Source: Balanoglossus misakiensis (taxonomy: Eukaryota > Animalia > Hemichordata). Taken from it: a DNA stretch of 64,000 bases. Positions 1 to 12,460 of the stretch are shown here, piece after piece. The DNA is taken from contig CM082593.2 in NCBI GenBank assembly GCA_040954595.2, forward strand, positions 7,042,043 to 7,106,042. The letters are read 5' to 3'. Made by a program: the position numbers and the translations under genes. How positions within the stretch are numbered: position 1 is the first letter of the stretch; each line of letters begins with the position of its first letter. The notes below the pieces were generated by a model. That model was not told where the DNA came from and did no database searches. It was given only the letters and a program-made list of their open reading frames with translations.

Positions 1-130
1 TAAAGCTGATGGCGGCCATTTTGAATCTCAAATAGTAGGCCTATGTACAGGTAGGTTAAAATAATTGTCGTCCTCAACAAACCGCGATGCGGTGACCGAT
101 GAATTTACGATTGAAAAGGATAATTTAAAG
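1..130 (-). mobile_element. Partial copy of the CAAAATGGCCGCC-core repeat family at the window edge
   Basis: gatggcggccattttgaatctcaaat at 8-33 matches the family core. Right boundary approximate. Confidence 0.4.
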
Positions 131-883
131 TTTATTGGGGAAAAAACTTTGATATGACGTAGATAGTGCAAAATGTTGTGATGATTCCTGCTCCAGTTCC
201 ACAATGCACTGCGCGCTAGCCATAGTGCAGACGACAACCAGGCCATCCCAAATTCACATTTTCACCACATAATACGCACATAACATAACAAATGCAATTA
301 GCCATTTCAAGAGGAGTTGGGCTTTTCTTGTAAAGAAAAAAATACGCGCACATTGTATTGATTTAACGAATTGCGTCGCCGATGCAAAGTAATACGTTTT
401 ATAGCACAAATCGTGATTTTTGCAGGTTTTACGGACAGTATACGCTGATTGAAACGGCCGTTCCCGTGACTCCTGGAATATAAACCGGAAATGGGTTTTA
501 TTTGAAAGCAATGCATTCTGCGTTGACATTTTATATACGTACTATATTACATGCGCCTTGTACTGTCCTAATTTTTGCGTTTCTATACACAACAAGATAT
601 ACATCTCTTGTAGGGTATGCTGTGATGATGCAAATGATGGGGTTGACCAAAACCCTTCCTCGAATTAGTCTATGAGAAGGATAGGCATGAAGAAAGATAC
701 CAGAAAAAGATATACGTGTACCATGGTCATACACTGTTTTGGACACTGTAATACGTTCCAAGTATCATTTTCAAAGACACGATATATGTCGGTCAACTTG
801 CAGTTGTTTTTAAAAACTGCATTCTCCATATATAATTTTGAAATGAAATTATTTTTGTTGGATTTGACACATCGTCGTGTTAC

Positions 884-1010
884 CTTCCAGCGCCGAGGTC
901 ATGGACCAGATGTTGGTCGCTCTACCGGTCTTTTGTCGCTAAGCCATGACTATAACTGCAGCTCGCGCTCGCTCACAAATCTCCTCATGCTTGTCGCATA
1001 GCTGCAACAG
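884..1010 (-). other. Candidate minus-strand exon (5' UTR plus possible start M-T-S-A-L-E) of a divergently oriented gene extending left out of the window
   Basis: Minus-strand acceptor ttttctttgttattttcccatcttcag| and donor GAAG|GTAACA flank a GC-richer 127-nt block. It ends ...tccATGACCTCGGCGCTGGAAG. No homology recognised. Confidence 0.3.
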
Positions 1011-1617
1011 CTGAAGATGGGAAAATAACAAAGAAAATTCATTTCACTCAATTGCCACTCGAGCTGGGGGTAACCATGGTGACGCGTGAGGACGAAATGA
1101 AAACTTGTAGATTACAATAGCCAGGTCTATACATGTGCACACAATTAACCCTATATTATGACTTATTAAACCGTCGTTCAGCTATAGGTGGATGGAAAAC
1201 AACTTCATCGGTAAAATGGCCTAGAGTCCCGGACGCCTTTATGTAACACACACACAAAACAGTACCCTGGTTTTATATAATGTCGCCTTTGTTCGTCATG
1301 CAAGCGAAAAACGGGGGACGCGCGGACGCGACGCATAGACGCAATATGTCGTAGTCTCTGCATGACTCTAATCCTATTTTTACATATTCGCGCATTTGTA
1401 CACCAACTCAATACAACTCTCCAAGGATCCGTTCCAAAAGAAAAAACCCTGGTAATCGCGAAGCACATTTGAATGTCAATCGAATTCGTGAATACGCCGA
1501 GAGATGATTATTTTCGCCAGGAGGTTTAATTTGACGCTTCTGAAATATACTGATACGGCTGTACAACAAACCCTTTCATAAGCCATTCATGTATATATGC
1601 AATTTCTTAACAGGCAG

Positions 1618-1649
<32 letters not shown>

Positions 1650-1650
1650 G

Positions 1651-1712
<62 letters not shown>

Positions 1713-1817
1713 TACACACTCACGTCACTCACATATATATTTGTGTATCTCACATATCTCACATAATAATATATATATGACATTTATATACATCACATTA
1801 ACATATATATGTATATC
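1618..1817. repeat. (CA)n microsatellite, interrupted by CACG, grading into an (AT)-rich low-complexity tail
   Basis: About 45 CA units at 1618-1708, then catata/atatat-rich sequence. Confidence 0.97.
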
Positions 1818-3683
1818 GCTATCACTGCTGATGTGAGCAATTGGACAACAGGCGCATTTACATGTATTTATCACGCCTGACTTGATATGTGACGGGTATG
1901 TGATGGCCTTATGATTCTTGCTAATACTGTGACAATGCCAACCAACCCACGTCGAAGCTATTTAAAGACTAGGTCAGAAACGGTTAGATATGACAAGCGT
2001 CATTTCAACTACCGTTCCCTCAATGGAAATGAAATGCCTCTTTGAGTTTTGCGTCATTATTATCGACATCAAATCGACAATTGATTTATATAGAGACGGA
2101 GGTGTCGTCTTCTACTATCAAATTCTGAAAATTTTGAAAACCGAGAATGAGACTTTTATAAACTTGGTAATGGCGATTGTAAACGAAGCGGACGATACAA
2201 TTGGCATCACCTCTCGTCTACTGTGACGTCAACGAGACCACGGGAGAAAAAATATATATTTCCACAAACTTATTAAATTAACAGCAGTGAATATATGTCG
2301 TCGGCGTGAGACGCAGCGCTATCGTATTACAGTTGTTCAAAATGTTACCCTAATACTGCGTCTATCTCTGCACGCATCGCATTATCCGGCAGAGGCAGAA
2401 AAAATGACATCGAATACATTAATTTCTTTCATATCCATCAGATAAAAATAGTGAGTGATTATCTTTCTCGTCCAGGAAATCCAGAAAACCAGTTCATGTT
2501 ATTTTCTCTGACGGAAATAAATAAAGTTAACCCCGTTTTTATTTTAAAGGCATTTCTTGTTCAAACATATATAGGGACATGTAGACGTAATAAACACTGA
2601 ATCAATTAGATAATTAGTCGTAAAACATAAATAGTATTTGAAACATTTTGATTACTACTATACAGGTAATGCAGGGATTATCTGGTTTCCCCACTCTTAA
2701 CACCATAATCAGCCAAAGAAAGAAAGAAGGAAAGAAATCAGAAAAATGATTAAAAATGGAAGCTCGTTACTTGAAGGTCGGCTTTGCATTGTAAGTGAAC
2801 GCTTCCCGGGGGAAGGTAAAAGAAGAAGATAAAAAGATGATATTTAAAGATTTTTGCTTGATTGGCATTTTTCGGGCTACAAGATTTCTGATGATAGATG
2901 TTTCTTTTTTTAAATCAGATTTACAAACAGAAGAAGCCGCGATTAGCATAACGCACAATGTAATAAGCTAGCATAATATGCTTCGAACTTTCTAAGATTT
3001 ACGTCGAAGTAGTTTTTTGTCAGGTATAAGCAAATCTGTTACTAATTATAGATTGACGACAAAAAGATTCTTGAAGCTAAACTACTTAAATATTCAGATT
3101 CTTGGAAATTTTCCCCGGGACAAACTATCGTTGCACATCTGCAGTGACAATTAATAGATCTCCTCAGCCGCGTTCTCAAATTGTAAACATGGGCAAGAAG
3201 AATCCAGGTGCTGTTAACCCCACAAAGATTTGCAATGTAGTTACGGAAGAAAACTCGTCATAGCCATGTCAAAGCTGAGATAACCGCGATATCTTCTTGC
3301 ATTTATCTGCCATGCACCTTTCAATGAACAAAATATACAATGCCATATTACATTTTGCTCGTGCCAATAAATTATGCCAGCACGTGACTGCATGTGCTCA
3401 AGAGGATTTGCGCAAGAAGGATATAAGCTTACTTATCGTCTATATCGGGAATCACCCGGATGTCGTTCTTGAAATATATGATAAGCCTTATTGGTGATAA
3501 AACGTTGCAGTTTATCCAGGGTTTTGTGAGCTTGTACGTGACTGGGTGTAAAACTGTATCTTGTACGTTTAGGTTGCGAAAAAAAGACAAGAAGTTATGT
3601 TCCTTCTGGAACAGAGCGGGTACCATTGGCGCAGACGACAACTTCTAACAGCCGCCATTATCAAAACGCACTGTACCCCCACA

Positions 3684-3940
3684 GAAACAGAGGGAACTAT
3701 TGAAATGTTAAAATGTCTGCTTGACTCTCGTGGTTTCCCGCTCTTTCCTATAAAGTGATCGTCTGCCATTCTCGGCGTGAGCCAGAGTAAACAACACCGC
3801 GAACAATTTGACTGCATGTTCAGACAGAAACCGTGCCGCGGCGTTGGCGCCCATTTCCCCAATCGACGAGGGTCAAATATGAAAGAGCATTTTCCAGTTT
3901 GCTGAACTTTACGCAAACGTGGGAAACGTAAATAATCGAT
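3684..3940 (-). pseudogene. Decayed THAP-domain-like coding relic, probably from a DNA transposon
   Basis: One minus frame reads IDYLRFPRLRKVQQ...DPRRLGKW...ADDHFIGKSGKPRESSRHFNISIVPSV. This has the ordered THAP landmarks F/YxRFP, RRxxW, (CS)DHF-x-SGKP and VPS/T. The zinc-ligand cysteines are not in place and no downstream transposase is recognisable. Confidence 0.4.
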
Positions 3941-5569
3941 TGTTGATCTCCAAAAAATGGAACCCCTTTGACATAAGGCTAATGATTAACAGAAGGGGAT
4001 GAATCTTGAATCGCCAATTTCACGGTTTCCCGCAATTTAATCGTAAAATACGAAGCAGCATTCGGGTGACTGATTCTCTGCTATCTGGGATTGCAAAGGC
4101 TATCAACGTCTTTTTTATTTTAAATGCAAAAGAACCAACTCCGCTCCGTGAAGATTCGCATCTAATTCTGGCCAGACGGAAATACGCTGGGCGCCCGTTT
4201 CGTTTAAAAAATCGGTTAGCAGTGGCGGTTACTTTAACCTCACTGTTTCAACTGTGTTTGAGAATCCAACAAATGAAGGATAATGAGTAGATGCGTGACT
4301 TTACATGACTTCGCAGCGTCTGTTTAATTTTCCAAGACTAAGCAAAACCTATCGAATAAAGGCAGCCATACAACGGAGGATAATGTATGCATAGAAAGGT
4401 TTCACCAAACGATCTGCAGTCTGAGAAGGGATCCGAGACTCAATTGCTTTCAAAATGTATACGAATATTTGTTGTGAAAAGTAGACTTACTCAAAGAGAT
4501 TTATCCTCATATGCAAAATAACTCTCTCATTCTGTTCGAGATTGAATTATCACGTTGAATAGGTTCACCTCGGGGCGGCTCTCAAATTGAATACAGTTCT
4601 ACAAATATCGAGCTGAAGTGACGCCCGGATGTGACATAATGTATGCAAAAGTTAGTGATTAACTTCGCTGTCGACATGCAGTCTTCGGGTTTAACATTCA
4701 CGGCTAGAAAATTGGTCTAAATTCGCCACAGGAAGCGAAGTAAATTGCGATTCCGCTTTTGAAGAAAGGAATCTCGTTGTGAAGTTTGAACGTCTCGTTG
4801 TCGAATCGTCTGCACTGAAATAATTCCATTGTGCTCAACTGGAAAGCAAATTTAATTTACTTTGCACAAATCTGATTTTCAAATCAATGTAACACTTATA
4901 CCCCAACATTGGCCAACTTATTCAATGGAATCAAATTTGACAAATAGTGGGCGACATGAGTCATCCACCTATTTTGTTGTAAAAATGCGGGAAAGGATGG
5001 TGCCGTAGGCGAACGACACAATAGGCGGGAAATGCAAATTCTTCAAGAAATGTGACCTACGTGAACGACAGAATTTTGGCCGCAAATGCAAATTATCCTC
5101 GAATTGAAAACTTACTTGCTTATAAATGTTATCTTAATTTGCAAACAAAAACTTATAACATGGCAAAATGATCCATCCTATTTGTACAGTAATTTATGAT
5201 TGAAATTGATGAATTCCCCACAACAGCTCAGGCGATGCATTCAAAATGGCCGACAACTAGCGTTAGCTGAACAACTTTCACGGTGTCCTGATTTCGCAAT
5301 GAAAATGTTGACGACATGATTTCTGGCAAGAAATAGTGAGCTGTGTTTTGTTAAAGGTCATAACCCCTGCAGTGTAAAACTTGTTCGTGTCCCTGTCAGA
5401 CGACATAGGCCTGGATTGTAATTTGAAAAATCAGCGCCGGTCTTTCATAAACGACAACAACAGGGCAATTTTGATTTCCCGCCTCTTCATTCATAATGTG
5501 TTAGTCGTTCTCGAAGTGCACGGAGTGGACTGGCTCATGGCTTAATTTACCGTTTATTACATTTGATTA

Positions 5570-5611
5570 AAACAACACAACAACAACGACGACGACGACA
5601 GCGAAGACACT

Positions 5612-5673
<62 letters not shown>

Positions 5674-5680
5674 CAACAAA
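5570..5680. repeat. Compound trinucleotide microsatellite (AAC)n-(GAC)n-(AAC)n-(AGC)n-(AAC)n
   Basis: Directly visible. Confidence 0.95.
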
Positions 5681-8600
5681 CCCCTCTGCTTCACAGGCCA
5701 GTTTAACATTCCAATTGTGACTCAGAGTTGTATCAAAAGCCGAAACCTTTCTTTGTACATAAAGGCGAAATAATTTAATGACCGTCGCCACCCTATCGCC
5801 ATCTTATCTAAACTTACAGTTCAAACCGTTATCAGTCGAATTCTAGGAACATTCACTTGTATTTACATAGTGTTTACCCGGTAGACGCGGCAGTACCCCT
5901 AACGACAAGACCGGCGCACATGTAATGATTTGCGGAAAGTCCGCAATATACCTGTTAATTTAAGGAAAGAAAACGATGCCGGTAAGGATTTACCAAAAGG
6001 CCCCATTAAATCACAAAAATAGCCCCGAGAAACGTCGACTTGTTGTCATATCGGGGGCTTGCAACAAAATCACTGACTGCACAATTTCTGTAGGATGATG
6101 TAGAGAGTCAGTTTTTTTCCACTGACGGTGATTATGTATTCTGCCTTAATAACTTGACCAAAGTCCGACTCAATTCAACTGCGTGTACGCGATTCAATAC
6201 TTATTTATTGCTAATAATCTCCCTAATGCGTCGCCATGGCAACTCCTCGACCCAGCAGCAGAGGCAGCGAATCAAGAGCACCACCATTACCATGGAAACG
6301 TTTCTTAAGAATAAAACGCTGCTTTCCTTTAGAAGGAAACACGCCCCCCTGGACTTTCTTCCCCCACTCGCAATATCCCCTTGGATTGTGTAAAACTCGT
6401 TAGATATCCCTAGTATATTTCCTTGTACGCTTCACCCCTCGGCACTATTTAGCTCTCAACGGAAAGGACACCCTATCCAGTGTAATATTATGCAGACCGA
6501 CCACCATTCCACCAACGTGTCGGCCGCAATGCCTCCGCAAATTGAAGCAAGAAAATGACAATTGGATGATATTTTTTTAATATCGGTGAATTTCTTCAAT
6601 TATATAGTTATCTATTCCGCCAACGTCACATTTGTTAGATCGATGTAAATCAAAAGAAATCGTAAACCGAAATACTCGTCGCTTTTTATTGCAAGTAATT
6701 AGAATCGACAAGATGAATGAAAAATGGCGGCGTGCAATTTCGTATAACAAATTACGCACCAATTTTAAGTCTCCATGAAAAGATACAGCAGGTTTTTTTA
6801 TTATTACGGGCACGAGGCTGCGTTCGGTATTCGCACAGTACAAGAGAAGCCATGTTTTACACAGAAATACATCGTGTATGATGGACATATGCTATAGTAT
6901 GTCGCCGGCGGCCATATTGTCTTTACTATTACGACGTTAACCCAATCATGGGCATGCGGTCGTGTCCATTGAAATATAATAGACAGTTTCTAATTGGTTA
7001 ATGCCTGGGTCCGCTAGGTCCTCATATCCAATTAGATTTTATTTAGTATGCTAACGATTTAGTTAAACAGTCAATCGCGGCGTTTGAAGAAGGTCGTTGT
7101 AATTCTTCACAAGTGTGTCGCCCGAGTATCGGTCGCACAAACGCCAAGCGCAGTTTTCACTTCGGATGTAATTTGGCTTATGAACGCCAAACTGTCACAC
7201 CCGGGACACTTAATCCACGGGTACACAATGCACTACCTCCCCCTGGAGAACTATTGTCAAGGTGTGTTATGTCAATAATAATGTGCAGCAGCTGCGGTGA
7301 TCTTTGGCGACAAAGGTGAGCCCCTACCGAGACCAAACAATCAGAGAAACTTAATAACACAGTATGCACCTTCTGATCGTGGCTTTACGATATGTGCCAT
7401 CTACCCACATTCATCGGGGGCTTGTATGGTGCTGTGTCCGCACACCTCGGAAATACATTGAAATTCGGGAAATACCGTGAGACCACGCGTTATTGAGTGA
7501 ATAAATTGCTCCGTTAATTGACTATATGTAGGGCAGTTCCGTGTTTAAAGGAATCTTGAAATGTTTCCTGTTCAGTACCTACAGCCACCCAAAGTCACGT
7601 TAAGTAAACGTTTTAACTGTAAACGACCGTTCGAAAGATTTCTTTTTCCGGATTCTTTAAATTTCACAAAAAATCTCTCTACACAGAAGAATAACAAGAA
7701 ATAACCAAGAAAAAAATGTCGTTAGTCACGCGACCAGATTTTGGAGAATATTTACTGAATACAAAGAGACACAATTTGTGTTTACATCTAAAATGTCGAT
7801 TTTCATCATGAGTCCCACAAAGACACGAAGTGCCCTTTCGCTTTTTGCAGAGGATTAATTTTTTTCCGTTTTGAGATTGGACATAAAATAATAATGAAGT
7901 GTGCCTTCCGTTCCACTATAAAAAGACCGTGCATCATGAAATACGATGCAGACCAGCAATCCAACATGGCGACACTTCACCGATCCAATATGACGTAGCA
8001 CCACCAATCAAATAGTCCGCTGCGGCAGCCGCACTGTTTGAAACAAATATCACTGCGCCCACTGTGTACAAGTATCATATCGCCGAAAGAATGGATTATA
8101 TATATTTTTCATTATGTGATACCCATATGAATGAATTATTATGTGTATCGTTTATCATTTTACCGGTAACAAAGAAACGCAAAAGATATTAGCACGCTAT
8201 TTAGTGGTACTCCCAGGGAATTCAGAAGGTAATGGGAAATTTTCATAAATGACAGAGGGATTTTCTTCACTTTGACGTCTACCGACCAGGGATTATATAT
8301 TGTCTATACGGTTGACACGCTCCTTTTGAAACTCAATATCGTTTTCCATTGCGGTTTGAACACAAATGCATTTGAAACTGCCCGGAGAAGTTTGTGACGG
8401 CGACTTTCTCTGAAAGAAATATAGGCGTTTCCGTCAAGCTCGCTTATTCATCAAGAGTAGCAAGGATATATCCATCAGAAGATTAGGAAAAACATTTGAA
8501 GGACGTCAAATTTTCGCTCGGCCTCGCTCTAGTAACACATCCCACTGGCGTTGGCGTGCAATTCAAACCCAGAATACGCGTAGGTCACGCTTAAACTCGC

Positions 8601-8829
8601 GCCAAAATTTTGCTACAATATCTAGCGCGTGTGCATAGTCGATTGATGACGTGCAAATGTAGGTTAAGACTTCATATTTATCATCTCAGAGACTGAAAAA
8701 AAGTTGGTGTATCCAGTATCACAGCTAAGAATCAATCATTCATTTTCCCCCTCGAGTCTGCCAAACAGTATCTCAGAGTCTGTGTTTTTTTCCCTGCATA
8801 TATTATTCAAACCATTGTATTACTGCATT

Positions 8830-9150
8830 GCTGCAAATGCAAATTATCTAACGCACAGGTAGACTAAGGCCACAATAGAACGTGCACATCTATTTAAGAT
8901 CTAATTTAAACCAACAGAAGTCTGGAGTCTTCTGAAGGAAAATGTTCACACCTTGTAAATCATTATGCCACACCCATCCAAATTGATGAACCTTAGCAAA
9001 ATCAAAATGTCCATGAAGTTTGAGCAAATTCACTGCGGCCAGTTTTGGTAGCTGGCCCAATGATAATCATCCGTTCAATATGCAAATTAGTTCCAGATCA
9101 CCAAACATTCGTGCTAATATTATATCGACATGTTGAAGATCACCTTGTAG
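8830..9150. repeat. Degenerate Helitron/Helentron-type internal repeat-like region
   Basis: Motifs such as tgaagtttgagcaaatt...ggccag, ctggagtcttctgaaggaaaatg and aatatgcaaattag resemble minisatellite units I recall from non-autonomous Helentrons of marine invertebrates. Similar fragments occur at ~4850-5100 and ~17020-17120. Recollection only, not verified. Confidence 0.25.
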
Positions 9151-12100
9151 GCTATAACCAACTTCTTCCTTTGATGTATATTACGAGTCTGCGCAATACA
9201 CAGTACAACCACGCCCAATAGACCCAAATACATGTACACACAACCATTTATAATGTTATGACATTCAACAGCCCTGAATGCACCTGAGCGGTCAAACGGT
9301 TTGTTACGACAGAGAGAAATAATGAGCAATTTTCTGACAATATTGTACTGCTGATTGTCGTTCGATAGAATTATCGTAAATTTATGAAAAATACCAATAA
9401 TCATATCATCTTACACAATACACATATTCTAACAGCACTGTAGGTATCGCAAATATAAATTTCCTTATTACGCAATTTACTCCAGTCCAATGTACTACCT
9501 GTCGGATGTAATCTGCATGGCTGTTCACGGAACCATTTTATCCGATCTTGTAAACGTTGCCCAGTGATAAATCGGTGCGTCTATACAAGGGCCGTTTAAT
9601 GCCTTTTGAAACGGGTCTTAGCAAGCAATGCGGATAAACGATGACCCTGTTCCCGCCATAACTACCGCATGGCAACCCATCCTGTTTAAGCGGCAATGCA
9701 GCGATGTTCATTTCCCTTTGAATAAACTGACGCGCTCGCCGTCCCCTTCGCACTTTCACAGTCACTGGGCCGGGTGCTCAGATACTAATTCATCGCGGCG
9801 CCTAGATATACTGAGATCGTTGATTCTGACTACAAAGGCGTTCTGCGTGCGATGTGTCACATTCTTCTTTTATTTCATCATGTCTGTCGGAAATTAAGCA
9901 ATTCCCATTCACTCACGTCAATAAAATATGGAGGAACCCTGAACCCATTACATTCGTCATATAAATATTGACGGTGTGAGGTGGACAGTATCGTGAAGTG
10001 ATTCCACGAATTTCAGTCAACCACCCACCCAATCCCACGGCGTTGACTTTCACAAAGCACTAATTGTTTTCTTTTTAAAAGGGTATTGTTCGACTAATAG
10101 CTGAGATTCCGAGAGCTACCCGAACGCACTCGGGAGATTTATGTTGCATTGAACGGTGTAACGACATCTCCCTACGGACGAACTCTGGCTAGGTGAGGGA
10201 TCAGACTTGAAAGAAGGTAAAAAACCGGATAATTGTACGATTACAACTTCCAATTTCAGCAATTACCAGGATATATGACGCTCTTGTGTGCTACTTACAG
10301 CGAATTATCGCCCATAAAACTTAGTCTTGTCGAACGACTTCATCAAGGTTCTTTCTGTTTGTCGCGATCTGGTTCTAGGTGTCGGTACCCAACAGTATCA
10401 TAACGAACACACGACAATAAATAATATATATGTTCCCTTACAGTTTCGGTAAAAAATACACGTTGGCTTACTGAGTTAACACTTTTTTTCATTCAGTCAA
10501 GAAACTACAATTGTCTTTTTATGACTCCCACTTAGATACCATTAAAGATTGGAACCGATTCCGGGGACTGAAGTGTTAAAATTACTTTGCGGCCATAATT
10601 TGATTTTCAATGAATTTTTATTGCCTATTAAATGTTATTGTCAATGGGATTCATTTCACTCAGTCGGATATATCCCTTAGATTAACTGCTTACCAACTAC
10701 TGGCATAATTTACATTTATTAATCGCCGTAACGGACTTTAAAAAACTCTGTCGGGTCTAATAAACTCAAGAAATGCAATAATTAATATGCAAATAGAGGT
10801 GAGGGTGTCAAGAGACAGGTTAACGTGATTTTGAAGTCGGCGATAGGGTACCACTCGCCAGGGAGTGAAATTCAACACGTTGCAGACGACAATATCATGA
10901 CAAAATTTAAATACTGTGCAAATTTACTCGACATCCAGACGGACAAAGCGGTCGCAGTTTGCTGGTCTAATTGAGTCCCCGTTTGCTCATGCGGACCTTT
11001 GATGAGGAACACAGCGAGGGGGGAAAGTGGTTATCAATGCAGGCAATGCGCGCGTCGAGGCTGAAACAGTCACAACCCCGGACCAGGCGCAGACGCCGGG
11101 CGATGAGGGCAGTTCTACGTTTTGTATCCGGAACTCGTGCGGTTGGCTGTACTGCCAGCGAAAAATGACTGCAGTTCGCGGAAAAAAGGTAAGGCGAATA
11201 ATACGTGTCTTTCTCCACCGAATATTCCGGCTACCTGCGCGTATCTCCCCGATCACGCTGGGTTTATTCATCGTTCTTTCGTCCCACTTCTTCCGAACGT
11301 CCACAAAACAACGGGGCGTCGATCGCCACAGCGTTCATTATCCCAACATATTCTTTCAAAACCCGCGCACTCGCCTTCTCCCTGATTGCAAGCTAACCTA
11401 CATTTCTCAATTTTCTTCATTTTATTTTTAAGTCGCGGTGTTTACGGTTTTCGCTTCGCGGCCCTGCCCCCTTTTCTGTTAATAATTCGGCGAACATCTA
11501 TCCCCAGTTGTAAATCGTTTGAACTTCAGCGGCGCGCGAAAGAAGAATCACGAATAATATTGGTACGATTTGAAATAAATTAATATGAATGGTTGTAATT
11601 TACGAGCTGATGCCGGCCGAGATGAAAATGAGTTTTAATAATGACATACCAACCACTGGGTGTGGAGAGTCACTCGTGCATCAACAGACAACTCGGTTCA
11701 AAGAAACCTTCACGCTTGCCCACAAATAATGAGCCGCGGTCTTGCCCCGTGAATCTAGCTCTCTCATCTTCTGTGAAGAAAAAAGACACACGCCGCCTGT
11801 TTTCTTAAAGTTCATCACTACATTGACGAGGAGGCCTCAATATTGAACATCGGAGTTGTTATTTGCAATCTACTCGACCCGCCGACCTTTCGAAATTGGT
11901 TTTCTTGGTACCTAAACCCACGGGACAGCGAGGTTCACGGTGTCTCCAAATAGGTGCCTAGCGTTATCGACAGCGCATCTTCTAATTCTATATATATTGT
12001 CCCCGCAAAATTCTTTGATGCGGAACACCTGGAGTTATTCTTCTGCACACACACAAAAAAACTGCAACGACAGAACAAGTCAGTGCGCCTGCATATCAGC

Positions 12101-12367
12101 CGGAATTCGATACTTTCCCAGGGATTCGATTCAAAGCATGGACATACAGACCGCGTGTGGTTAATACGCCGTGCCTTTGAGGCAACGCCGGGCCCTGTGT
12201 GTTCAGATGTAAAAACTAAAGCAATAGCCCGAGGCTGATTTTGCAGGTTAGACCCCTCATGAGCTTTCCCTAAACATCTGCTGTGTTCGATGCTGAGTGT
12301 GGATAATTTGCTTTTACTGGCGATTTCTGATGCTGGTATAAACGCCCGGTTCTCATTTTTCTACGGT

Positions 12368-12460
12368 TGAGAGAGAGTGGGGGGGGGAGAGAGAGACAGA
12401 CAGAGACACACAGACACAGATGAGAGACATGGAAGGGAAAAGAGGAAAGGAAATAAAAGG
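12368..12460. repeat. GA/GACA-rich low-complexity polypurine tract with a G9 run
   Basis: gagagagagtggggggggga gagagacagacagagacacacagacacaga... Confidence 0.8.
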
